Shown one piece after another: positions 44,544-52,828 of a stretch of 64,000 nt of DNA. The DNA comes from a virus. The stretch is from positions 1 to 64,000 of IMG/VR virus record IMGVR_UViG_3300005466_000024. One strand, given 5' to 3'. Positions within the stretch are counted from its first letter, which is position 1; every line of letters starts with the position of its first letter. The translations under genes and the position numbers were made by a program. The notes beneath the pieces were generated by a model. It was given only the letters and a program-made list of their open reading frames with translations, had not been told where the DNA came from and did not search any database.

Positions 44544-46127
44544 CTAGATCGTCGACCTCAACGTGTTCGCGCTACCACCGAAATCGTTCACCGAACTGCT
44601 GGTCGGCGCGGTGATGGTGCCGGATGTCGTGGCGGTGACCTGTCCGGCGTTGGTGATGTTGGCGACGTTGCCGGTGTTGCCCTGGGTGCGGGTGTCGCCG
44701 GTGGTGAGGTCGATGGCGAAGGTGCACACGATGTAGTTCAGCGGCATCGCGGGCAGCCACCCGAACGAGGCCTCCAGTACGTCGGGGTTGGTGAGCAGCT
44801 GGCGCACTTTGAGGCCCTGGTAGTCGACGATCAGTCCGTCGCGGATGAGGCTCTGCAGGGCGGCCTCGACCGTGGATTTGACGTTGACCAGGGTGAATGG
44901 GTAGATGGGCTGCCCGATGAGACCGGCGGCATCGAGGTAGTCCCGCAGCCGGTACACCATGGCGTCCTGCTGACCGATGATGGACCATTCCCGGTGCAGC
45001 AGGTCGGTGGGGTCGGTGGTGACACCGTGGCGCATCCGGATCTGCAGTCGCCGGGTGACCTCGACGACGGCCAATCCGTTCTGGGACTCGAGGTTCTTCT
45101 CGCCCTCGTCCTGGACGACGCCGACACCGGTCCAGCCGGTGGGGCGTTTGTAGGTGAGCGGCTGCGCCCAACTCATGGCCATCACCATGCCGGCATAGCT
45201 GGCGGCCATGAATTGGCCGCCCAGCTGGATGGAGTTGTTCAGTTCGGGGGCGTAGTAGGTGAAGGTGTCCGGACTGATCAGCATGACGCGCTGGTCGGCG
45301 AGTTCCTCGGCGTCGATGATGCGCTGGCTGGACGGTACCGGGGTGGTGGTGCCGTCGAGACCCAGGATGGCGCGGCGTTCGTAGCGGTTGGCGCTCTGGG
45401 CGTTGACGTGCTCGTCGACGAGTTGCTGCAGCGGCTGCATGGAGCCGTTGGCGGGCACCACGATCGCCACCTGTGCCTGGTTGGCGAGTTTGTCCAGGGC
45501 GTTGGAGTAGTCCAGGACGGTGGGGCTGGACGGGTTGGCCGGGTTGACGGCCACACAGACGACCTGGTAGGCCCCGTTGAGGAAGCAGAACTTGGCGGCC
45601 AGGGTGAGTTCGCTCTGGATTTGGCCGGTGGTGGTGTTGAACGGTGCCCCGTAGGCGGCCTGGACGTCGGCGTAGTCGTAGAAGATGTACGGGTTGAAGT
45701 AGTCGGACGGGGTGTACTGGTACTGGGTTTGCACGGTGTCGCCGGGTTCGATGTGCCCGCCGTCGATGACCCGGCTGAGCGCGTACAGCGCGGTGTTGGC
45801 GATGACCGAGCCGCCCACCTGCACGACGGTGTAGTCGGTGCCCTCGGCATAGAGCGCCCCGGTGTTGGGGTTGACCACGATCAGGGTGTCGGTGTTGATG
45901 CCCGGCTGGCTCAGGGTGCGGTTGACCGCCGGGGTGGTCAGCGACGTGTCGGGGTTGATCAGTACCGACTCGACGAATTTGCGGTATCCGATCGTCATCC
46001 CGAACAGTCCGACCGCGGTGGGTTGGCTGGAGTTGACGACCAGCAGCGGCCCCTGGATGGCCTGGGTGTAGACCCCGGGCGGCAGGTACTTGGAGAAGTC
46101 GATCGCCTGAACGCTGCTGCTTGCCAT
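44544..46127 (-). CDS. Contractile tail sheath protein
   Basis: YLPPGVYTQ start, AKFCFLNGA, ERRAILG, QPLTYK, GLAVVE, IRMRHGVTT, PLNYI; start ATG 46127. Confidence 0.9.
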   Translation of the reverse strand: MASSSVQAIDFSKYLPPGVYTQAIQGPLLVVNSSQPTAVGLFGMTIGYRKFVESVLINPDTSLTTPAVNRTLSQPGINTDTLIVVNPNTGALYAEGTDYTVVQVGGSVIANTALYALSRVIDGGHIEPGDTVQTQYQYTPSDYFNPYIFYDYADVQAAYGAPFNTTTGQIQSELTLAAKFCFLNGAYQVVCVAVNPANPSSPTVLDYSNALDKLANQAQVAIVVPANGSMQPLQQLVDEHVNAQSANRYERRAILGLDGTTTPVPSSQRIIDAEELADQRVMLISPDTFTYYAPELNNSIQLGGQFMAASYAGMVMAMSWAQPLTYKRPTGWTGVGVVQDEGEKNLESQNGLAVVEVTRRLQIRMRHGVTTDPTDLLHREWSIIGQQDAMVYRLRDYLDAAGLIGQPIYPFTLVNVKSTVEAALQSLIRDGLIVDYQGLKVRQLLTNPDVLEASFGWLPAMPLNYIVCTFAIDLTTGDTRTQGNTGNVANITNAGQVTATTSGTITAPTSSSVNDFGGSANTLRSTI

Positions 46128-46175
46128 GGTTTCCTCCTGCACCGCGCCCTCTGCCCCTTCTGGGGGCGGCGCGGA

Positions 46176-46997
46176 TCACAGGGGCCGGGGATTCGTGGCG
46201 GGCGGGTCGTTCGGGAGGCGGTACGGGTTGCTGCTCGAGCCGGCCGGGATCGCGGGCAGTGTCTCCCGGTCGAGGTCGATGTGGGCGAGCTCGTAGTACC
46301 CCTCGTGCGTGAACTTGACGTTGAACTGTCCGAGCAGGTCGAAGCTGTAGGAATCCTCGTAGGCGAGCACGTCGGGCTGCCACGGCACCCCGGGGGTGAC
46401 GTTCTGGCCGCCCGGGTAGATGGTGTCGTGCAGCAGAGTCATCTTCACGTAGGGGTTCTCGTCGAGCGCGTTCATCAGGGTGCGGTAGCGGCGGGTGTCC
46501 TGGCCGGGTTGGGTGACGATGTAGGCGTCGGGGGTGCGGGCGAACGCCAGGTTCATGATGATCGCGTCGGCGAGCCGGTCGCGGGCCAGGCTGCTCAGGG
46601 CGACGATCGCCAACGTCACCCGGCCCTGGAAGGTCCATTCCTGGATCGGGCACCAGGCGCCGTTCTCCTTGACCATCAGTTCCTGGCCGATGCCGGCGCG
46701 GCCCAGGCTCGACGGCGAGAACTGCACCCACACCCCGGGGTACTGGCTTTCCTGCAGCGGATATTCGAGGTCGATGTAGACGGCCTGGCCGTCGATGCGC
46801 AGGTCCATTCCGGATAGGGCGTCGCGCAGCGCAGTGACCACGGCGCGTTTCACCGACTCGATCAGGCCGCCCTCGGATTTGGGCAGTGTCTGGGTGATGT
46901 CGTAGGCCGGGTTGGGGTCGCCGGGTTCGAAGAACCCGTCGGCGGCGGTCGGTTCGCCGGTGTGCTCCCCGACGGTGAGGAACGGTTCGTCGGTCAT
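46176..46997 (-). CDS. Tail terminator/completion protein (273 aa)
   Basis: Immediately before the sheath; YPLQESQYPGVWVQF...LAIVALSSLARDRLADAI; ATGA overlap. Confidence 0.6.
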   Translation of the reverse strand: MTDEPFLTVGEHTGEPTAADGFFEPGDPNPAYDITQTLPKSEGGLIESVKRAVVTALRDALSGMDLRIDGQAVYIDLEYPLQESQYPGVWVQFSPSSLGRAGIGQELMVKENGAWCPIQEWTFQGRVTLAIVALSSLARDRLADAIIMNLAFARTPDAYIVTQPGQDTRRYRTLMNALDENPYVKMTLLHDTIYPGGQNVTPGVPWQPDVLAYEDSYSFDLLGQFNVKFTHEGYYELAHIDLDRETLPAIPAGSSSNPYRLPNDPPATNPRPL

Positions 46998-47458
46998 TCG
47001 ATGGCACCCTGCCGCAGCATGGCGACCACCTGCTGTTTGAGTTGCGGCTGCAGCTCCTCGACGGCCTGGATGATGGCTTTCTCCATGAAGCCGCGCGCCG
47101 GTAGCCCGGGGTGGCGCCATTTCTGATCACGCCACACCCGCCCGACATGCGGGATGTTCACCCAGCCGGGTTGACCGGGTTCCTTTCCGCGCCGAATATG
47201 TGGCCCGTCGCCTTGCTTACAGGAAAGTGGAATGACCCGGCCCTCTACCCACCACATGATGAACGGTTTGATACCGCGCTCTTGATGCAGCAGGTATTTC
47301 TGGGAGGTTTTGATGCCGACGCGGCCTTCGCCGGGCAGTGGGGACAGCGCCGACAGCGATTTGTCGGACCACCCGAAGTTTCTCATGGACTCGTTCGCCA
47401 GCTGCACGGCGCGGGCCGAGATCCGTGCACACATGTCGGCCGGGACGGAAACCTTCAT
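46994..47458 (-). CDS. Neck/head-tail protein (gp10-like)
   Basis: YLLHQERG-KPF...HPGLPARGFM pattern; position before the terminator. Confidence 0.6.
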   Translation of the reverse strand: MKVSVPADMCARISARAVQLANESMRNFGWSDKSLSALSPLPGEGRVGIKTSQKYLLHQERGIKPFIMWWVEGRVIPLSCKQGDGPHIRRGKEPGQPGWVNIPHVGRVWRDQKWRHPGLPARGFMEKAIIQAVEELQPQLKQQVVAMLRQGAIE

Positions 47459-47467
47459 CTCACCCTT

Positions 47468-47848
47468 TCAGGTGGGCCGGCGCGGCAGCGCGGCCGACCG
47501 CGGCAGGTAACTCACGTTCTGAATTGGTTCCACGTCGATGAGTCCGGCCCGGTCGAACACGATGGGCTGGTCGAGCTTGGTCGCACCCATCATCATGTGC
47601 CGGATCGGCCCGTGGCAGAACACGAACCAGGTGTAGACGCCCTTGGGGGCGAACACCTGCGCGCTGCCCACGATTTCCCCGTCGGGTTGGGCTGTCCACC
47701 AGATCTGCCCGCGGCTGTAGTTGACGTCCTCGTAGGGTTCGTGCTCGGGCACCGGGCCGGGCCCGGGATCGTCGCTGGCCACGCCGACGTACGTGGGCCA
47801 TACCAGGGCACCCAACACACCCTGCAGGCCGGGAATCGGTTCACTCAC
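47468..47848 (-). CDS. Hypothetical virion-operon protein (126 aa)
   Basis: Coupled to the upstream GT-like gene; YxRGQIxW motif. Confidence 0.6.
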   Translation of the reverse strand: MSEPIPGLQGVLGALVWPTYVGVASDDPGPGPVPEHEPYEDVNYSRGQIWWTAQPDGEIVGSAQVFAPKGVYTWFVFCHGPIRHMMMGATKLDQPIVFDRAGLIDVEPIQNVSYLPRSAALPRRPT

Positions 47849-48543
47849 ATGACCTGCACCTCATCGGGGAGTTCCCCGTTGCGCATGGCCTGCTCCCAGG
47901 TGAGGGGTTCGTTCTCGGCGAGTGCCTCTTGACTGTGCGGGTATCCGATCGGAGTGAGGGTGAGGTGCCCGCACCCGATGCCAGAGTCCACCCAGATGGA
48001 GAATCCCTGCTTCTTCGCCTCGTTGCAGAAGTGCAGGTCGTGCCCCACGAACGGGGGCAGTGGGTTCCACATCGGGATGTCGGGATCCCAGTTCTCGAAG
48101 ACGCGCCGGTGGATGCTGGTCAACCCCATCGCGACCCCGTCGACCGGGTAGAGCGCGGGGTGTTCCACCATGTTCTTGACGATGTCGCGGGTCAGTGGGG
48201 AGAACCGTGGCTTATCGACCTGCATCCACGCCATGACGTGGTGGGGCCAGTCGTGTTTGAAGTACAGGGAGCCGACGATGTCGAGGTCGTCACTGTAGTC
48301 GGCGATCCGGGTGAACGCATTTACCGGGGCGATCATGTCCTGCTCGAAGAACACCAGCCGATCCCATTCCGGGCAGTGCTGGAACGCCATGCTGACCAGG
48401 GTCTGCATGGCGACCGGCAGGTAGACCCCTTCGGTGGCGACGTTGCCGACCAAGGGGGCCTTGTCCATCTTGAGCCAGTTGAAAAAGAAACTCACAGGAA
48501 TGTGCCGGTACATGGGGAAGGCAACGACCAGCTTGTTACTCAT
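47845..48543 (-). CDS. Glycosyltransferase-like protein (GT-A), paralogue 2
   Basis: FFEQDMI, DIVGSLYF, VDGVAMGLTSIHR-VF, GHDLHFC, WVDSGIGCGH. Confidence 0.7.
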   Translation of the reverse strand: MSNKLVVAFPMYRHIPVSFFFNWLKMDKAPLVGNVATEGVYLPVAMQTLVSMAFQHCPEWDRLVFFEQDMIAPVNAFTRIADYSDDLDIVGSLYFKHDWPHHVMAWMQVDKPRFSPLTRDIVKNMVEHPALYPVDGVAMGLTSIHRRVFENWDPDIPMWNPLPPFVGHDLHFCNEAKKQGFSIWVDSGIGCGHLTLTPIGYPHSQEALAENEPLTWEQAMRNGELPDEVQVM

Positions 48544-49282
48544 GGTAGGTGCACTCCAGGTTGGTGTCGGCGCCCGCCCAGGCGGGCGCCGGCTCGGCGG
48601 TCACCGTGGCCCGCGCCAGGTGCTCGGTGATGGCCCGCTCCCAGGTGGGTGGCTCCACCTCGGCCAGTGCCCGCTGGCTGTCCTCGTAGCCGATCGACAC
48701 CTGGGTCAGGTGTCCGCAGCCGATTCCGCTGTCCACGAACACGTGCCAGCCCTGCAGCTTGGCCTGGTGGCAGAAGTGCATGTCGTGGGCGACGTGCGGG
48801 GGCTGCGGCATCCACATCTGCACTGCGGGATCCCAGTCCTCGAGGACGTGGCGGGCGATGCTGGTGAAACCAGTGGACACCCCGTCGACCTCGTAGAGGC
48901 CGGGGTTCTCCTTGAGCATGCGGACCGCGGCGGCGGTCAGCGGGGAGAAGTTCGGGTAGCCGACCTGCATGCACACGTTCACGTGGTGCGGGGGTTCGTG
49001 CCCGAAGTACAGCGAGCCGACGATGTCGTGTTCGTGGCCGTAGGCCGCAATCCGGGTGAAGGCATTGACCGGTGGGATCATGTCGTGTTCGAAGATGACC
49101 ACTCGGTCCCACTCGTCGTTCTGCAGCGCCTCCTTGGTCATCATCTCCAGCGCCAGCGGCAGGTAGGCCCCGTCGGTTTCCAGGTGCCCGACGACCGGCT
49201 CCTTCTCCATGGCCAGGAAGTTGAAGAACCATGCCACCGGTAGCTGCCGGTAGAACGGGAAAAGCACCAACAATTTCTGCAT
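48536..49282 (-). CDS. Glycosyltransferase-like protein (GT-A), paralogue 1
   Basis: Start ATG 49282; FEHDMI, DIVGSLYF, VDGVSTGFTSIAR, AHDMHFC, FVDSGIGCGH; aligns end to end with the next gene. Confidence 0.7.
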   Translation of the reverse strand: MQKLLVLFPFYRQLPVAWFFNFLAMEKEPVVGHLETDGAYLPLALEMMTKEALQNDEWDRVVIFEHDMIPPVNAFTRIAAYGHEHDIVGSLYFGHEPPHHVNVCMQVGYPNFSPLTAAAVRMLKENPGLYEVDGVSTGFTSIARHVLEDWDPAVQMWMPQPPHVAHDMHFCHQAKLQGWHVFVDSGIGCGHLTQVSIGYEDSQRALAEVEPPTWERAITEHLARATVTAEPAPAWAGADTNLECTYHE

Positions 49283-49370
49283 AACTACCCCCTGATAGTC
49301 GTTCGAGAACGCAGCGTGAACACGTCCACACCCTTTAGGCTCTTCAGCGAGACACGGAAGAGAGCCCCCT

Positions 49371-49532
49371 ATGACGTCAGCTGGCAAGCCGGTGCGCTGC
49401 GAAGTCAGCGCCGAGGACCACACCTGGTGCCTGACGCACAACTGCAAGGTCACCGACCCGCAGCATCCGAGGGACTTCGAGGGCTATGTGCGTCGCACCG
49501 GCTATGTGCGTCGCACCGATAACCACACCTGA
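49371..49532 (+). CDS. Small ORF (53 aa) with Cys/His cluster and duplicated GYVRRT
   Basis: Below the ORF-track cutoff; MTSAGKPVRCEVSAEDHTWCLTHNCKVTDPQHPRDFEGYVRRTGYVRRTDNHT; purine-rich RBS; in-frame 18-bp tandem duplication at 49482-49517. Confidence 0.45.
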   Translation: MTSAGKPVRCEVSAEDHTWCLTHNCKVTDPQHPRDFEGYVRRTGYVRRTDNHT

Positions 49533-49628
49533 GATGCACCCGTAATCAGGCACGGTAAATGCCCCTTGACTACTGGATTGGGGGGGTAGCGTCAGTTCGG
49601 CACAGCCGTTCGAGGAAAGGACCCCACC

Positions 49629-50120
49629 ATGACACAGTCCACTACCCTCCTGGTTACTCCCGCCATCGCTGGAGCCGCACTTGCTGCACTGGTCGGGCTG
49701 GGCACGCCCACCGCCTCGGCCGCGCCAGGGGCCGCCGTCAACGTCAGCGGTATCGGTGTGAGCGTGGGTGACGCCACCGCCAATGCCAGCTTCGGCAATG
49801 CCGCTGCGGCGTTCAACGGCGGCAACGCCAGCGCGACCGGCGGCCTCGGCAACGTCGCACTCGCCAGTGGCACGAAGAGCGTGTCCACGATCAACGGTGG
49901 CTTCTTCAACGCCGCCGTCGCCAGTGGCGACAACAGCACGGCCCGTGTGGACGGCGGCAGCGGCAATGTTGTATTCGCGGGCCGGAACTCCGGTAGTGAG
50001 GTCGCCAAGGGAGCCAGTCTCAACGCCATCGCCAACTTCTGCAACAACGGCTCCAATATCGTGAGTGCGCAGTCCGCGCGCATCATCGTCAGCCCCGGCA
50101 CCACTGCCTGCAAACCCTAG
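49629..50120 (+). CDS. Secreted Ala/Gly/Asn-repeat protein (163 aa), moron-like
   Basis: Sec signal ending TASA; about five 14-15 aa G(F/L)xNxAxAxxG repeats; two C-terminal Cys; RBS GAGGAAAGGA; opposite strand to the virion operon. Confidence 0.75.
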   Translation: MTQSTTLLVTPAIAGAALAALVGLGTPTASAAPGAAVNVSGIGVSVGDATANASFGNAAAAFNGGNASATGGLGNVALASGTKSVSTINGGFFNAAVASGDNSTARVDGGSGNVVFAGRNSGSEVAKGASLNAIANFCNNGSNIVSAQSARIIVSPGTTACKP

Positions 50121-50137
50121 GATCCCTCCCCGATGGA

Positions 50138-50168
50138 AAGCCCCAGGCTGGAGACCAGCCTGGGGCTT
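50138..50168. terminator. Probable bidirectional terminator
   Basis: 13-bp stem AAGCCCCAGGCTG/CAGCCTGGGGCTT between convergent genes. Confidence 0.65.
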
Positions 50169-50185
50169 CTTCCCATGGCCGGTAG

Positions 50186-51358
50186 CTATGCTGCGACGGG
50201 TGGTCGCCAGTCGGCCAGGTTGCCGCTGGCGGCGCGGCTCTTGTTGCAGGACTGGCAGCTGGGCACCAGGTTCTCCCGGCAGTTGTTCGAGGGGTCGCCG
50301 TCGATGTGGTCGACGTGGATGCCCGTGATGCCACCCCAGGTCAGGGTCGCCTCCCCGCCGTGCCAGTGGCACGCGTGGGGACCGGGCCCGATGGCATCGT
50401 AGAGCACCATACGGTGCTCTGGAATCTGGCCGGACTTGTCGGCTATGGGATGATTCGGCCGATAGAGGTAGATGTAGGCATACCGATACTTCTTTTGGCG
50501 ATGCAATGCCCGCAAGCAGGTTCGACATTGCCGCCATCCTGTGTTGGGATTGACGTACGTGTTCTCGGCCGTATATTCGTGGCCCTGTGCGCATTGTGTT
50601 TTGGCGGCATTACCGCCGTCCGTCCCACCACGATAACCATTGATGGCCTGGGTCACCGCCTCTAGGTGCCGCGGGTTCACGCACCGTTTGTTCTTGCAGA
50701 GGTGATCGAGCACCATCCCCTTCGGAATCGGACCAACGATCTGCTCCCACACGAAGCGATGCGCCATGTAGCGCTTGTCTGCCCCGTCCTGGATGAACCC
50801 GTGGCCCTGCCTCTTGTAGATCGGGCCGGTCCAGTTCCAGCACGGCGTGTCGAAGCCCTCAGGGATCGCGCCGACGACATAGCTGCCTTTCCATCGCTCG
50901 GCGGCTGGCGTGTGGTCCTTCAACGCCACCGTCACGTCGCCGTGCCGACGCATCCTTGCCCGATGCTTCTCGCAGTACAGCTTGCTGGTCTTGCGCTCCT
51001 CGCTGCACCCCTCGACTGTGCAGAATCGTCCCGGCTGCGGCCCCGGATGTGGTGTGACGACGGTGGGATCGCCGTAGGCCTTCCACCGCTGGTAGTGCTT
51101 GGTGCAATAGCCCTTTGCCCGCGCTTCGCGCGGGCAGGGCTCATCCTCACCCTCTTCGATAACCCCGCAGAACACCTTGACACTCTCGGTGGGTTCCAGA
51201 GGTGACCAGCCGGCTACCACCTTGCTGATCAAGGCCTGGCTGACACCGAACTGTGCGGCGAGCGCCGTCTGTCGCGTCCCCTGGGCATACAGTCGACGAA
51301 CTTCGTCGGTTTGCTCTCGACTTAGCTTGGCACGGCTCCGACGCCCCTCAGTCTCCAT
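50186..51358 (-). CDS. HNH homing endonuclease with two HNH domains and N-terminal HTH
   Basis: HTH (QTALAAQFGVSQALIS), two Cys/His YC-KH repeats, HNH1 (AHR...LDHLCKNKRCVNPRHL), HNH2 (EHR...VDHIDGDPSNNCRENL...CQSCN). Confidence 0.85.
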   Translation of the reverse strand: METEGRRSRAKLSREQTDEVRRLYAQGTRQTALAAQFGVSQALISKVVAGWSPLEPTESVKVFCGVIEEGEDEPCPREARAKGYCTKHYQRWKAYGDPTVVTPHPGPQPGRFCTVEGCSEERKTSKLYCEKHRARMRRHGDVTVALKDHTPAAERWKGSYVVGAIPEGFDTPCWNWTGPIYKRQGHGFIQDGADKRYMAHRFVWEQIVGPIPKGMVLDHLCKNKRCVNPRHLEAVTQAINGYRGGTDGGNAAKTQCAQGHEYTAENTYVNPNTGWRQCRTCLRALHRQKKYRYAYIYLYRPNHPIADKSGQIPEHRMVLYDAIGPGPHACHWHGGEATLTWGGITGIHVDHIDGDPSNNCRENLVPSCQSCNKSRAASGNLADWRPPVAA

Positions 51359-51413
51359 GCAGCCGAGACTATCACACTTGCTGTGATACGTTCAACTAAC
51401 TATGAATTGCCTG

Positions 51414-51761
51414 CTAGGTCATCGTGAAGGTCGGTGTGACCACGATTTGACCTTGGGCCCCCATGACCACTGAGGTGATGGTGTTGTTGTCGTAGTGGTT
51501 GTTGCCGGAGCTGGCTGAGGCGAGTAGCACGTAGGTGTAGGTGGCGGCGGCGACGTCGATGGTGACGGCCGAGCCGTTGACCACTCCGCCGGAGGCGGAG
51601 CCCCAGGTGGTGTTCTTCCTTGCGTATGCGGGGGAGCCGCCGGTGGCTTCGTTGGATGGTGTGGAGCTGGTGCCGGGGTTGCCGGTGGCCAGGCCGACCC
51701 ACGATCCGTAGCCCTTGTACGTGGTGGCCATGTTGTTGAGGGTGTCGGTTTCGATGACCAT
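51414..51761 (-). CDS. Small minor tail/fibre-associated protein (115 aa)
   Basis: GLATGNPG...NEATGGSPAYARK...W pattern common in actinophage tail genes. Confidence 0.65.
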   Translation of the reverse strand: MVIETDTLNNMATTYKGYGSWVGLATGNPGTSSTPSNEATGGSPAYARKNTTWGSASGGVVNGSAVTIDVAAATYTYVLLASASSGNNHYDNNTITSVVMGAQGQIVVTPTFTMT

Positions 51762-51805
51762 GGGATTCCTCTCCCGAAGCGCGCGGGGACCTTCTCCCTT
51801 TAGGG

Positions 51806-52090
51806 GTGCGATACGATCCGGGCGTGTCTCCGCAGGATTTGCAGCGGCTTGCGCCGGTTGCCGCTCAGTTCGTCACCGGTGCCCCCGATGCCGCCGCGCA
51901 GATGGTGGGTTTGACGATCAACGTGCCCGGTTACGCGCAGCTGGCGCTGCAGGTTCTCGATCAGTCTCAGGTGGCCGAGACGGGGGTGAGTGTGCAGCTC
52001 ACCATCGATCAGATCTCCTTGGCCGATATGGCTGGTCTGCGCGATTCGATCAGCGCGGAGATCGCCCGGCTGACCACCGGGCAGGGGTGA
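51806..52090 (+). CDS. Hypothetical protein (94 aa)
   Basis: TGATG-coupled to the methyltransferase. Confidence 0.55.
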   Translation: MRYDPGVSPQDLQRLAPVAAQFVTGAPDAAAQMVGLTINVPGYAQLALQVLDQSQVAETGVSVQLTIDQISLADMAGLRDSISAEIARLTTGQG

Positions 52091-52824
52091 TGGCGCGCGA
52101 CTCGCTCAACGAGATCGCGTTGCGCCGTCACACGGACAAGAGTTCGGCCGGCCACAATTACTGTCCGATCTACGAGCGGTTGTTCGCCCATCTGCGGGAT
52201 AAACCGGTGGCCCTGCTCGAGTTGGGGGTGTTCGAGGGCGCCAGTCTGCGGACCTGGGCCGAGTACTTCACCCACCCGGACACCAGGATCGTCGGTATCG
52301 ATATCGACCTGGGTGTCGGCAACCATGCCGCGCAGCCGTTGTGGGGCCGCTACTACGGTTCCTATCAGCCGTTGCGCCAGTGCTACGGCCCACCACCGCC
52401 GGGTATCGCCACCTATCTGGGGGATCAGGCGGCGGTGCCCGCCGGGTTGACCGGCTGGCATCCCGACATCGTCATCGACGATGCCTCCCATGTTTCGTCC
52501 AAGACGATCGCTTCGTTCAAGACCTGGTTCCCGCTCCTGCGTCCTGGCGGCCTGTACGCCGTGGAGGATGTGAACACCTCCTACGACGTGCGGTGGGGGG
52601 CCGACGAGTCCAGTGCGGATCCGGACCGCCCGCCGCGGCCCGGCGGCCAGACGGCCATGCAGTTCCTGCGTCGGCTGGCCGATGAGGTGCAGGCCCAGAT
52701 ACCACAATCGGAGCATGTCGACCTCATTCGTCTTGCCCCGGAATACCATCTGGGATTCGATATCGACCGGTTGTGCTTTTATCCGAACATGGTTGTCGCC
52801 CACAAACGAGACACTGGTATTTGA
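52090..52824 (+). CDS. Class I SAM-dependent (sugar O-)methyltransferase
   Basis: TDK...HNY...YERLF, LLELGVFEGASL-TW, GIDID, DIVIDDASH, LRPGGLYAVEDV-TSY, matching MycE/ElmM-like deoxysugar O-methyltransferases. Confidence 0.8.
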   Translation: MARDSLNEIALRRHTDKSSAGHNYCPIYERLFAHLRDKPVALLELGVFEGASLRTWAEYFTHPDTRIVGIDIDLGVGNHAAQPLWGRYYGSYQPLRQCYGPPPPGIATYLGDQAAVPAGLTGWHPDIVIDDASHVSSKTIASFKTWFPLLRPGGLYAVEDVNTSYDVRWGADESSADPDRPPRPGGQTAMQFLRRLADEVQAQIPQSEHVDLIRLAPEYHLGFDIDRLCFYPNMVVAHKRDTGI

Positions 52825-52828
52825 GTTA

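Noticed and set aside
22740-47458. Stand-alone eCIS/tailocin or T6SS
   Set aside because: Neck/head-closure-like genes, a frameshifted chaperone and a full replisome favour a phage; no Afp15-like ATPase or TssJLM seen. Not fully excluded until head genes are found.
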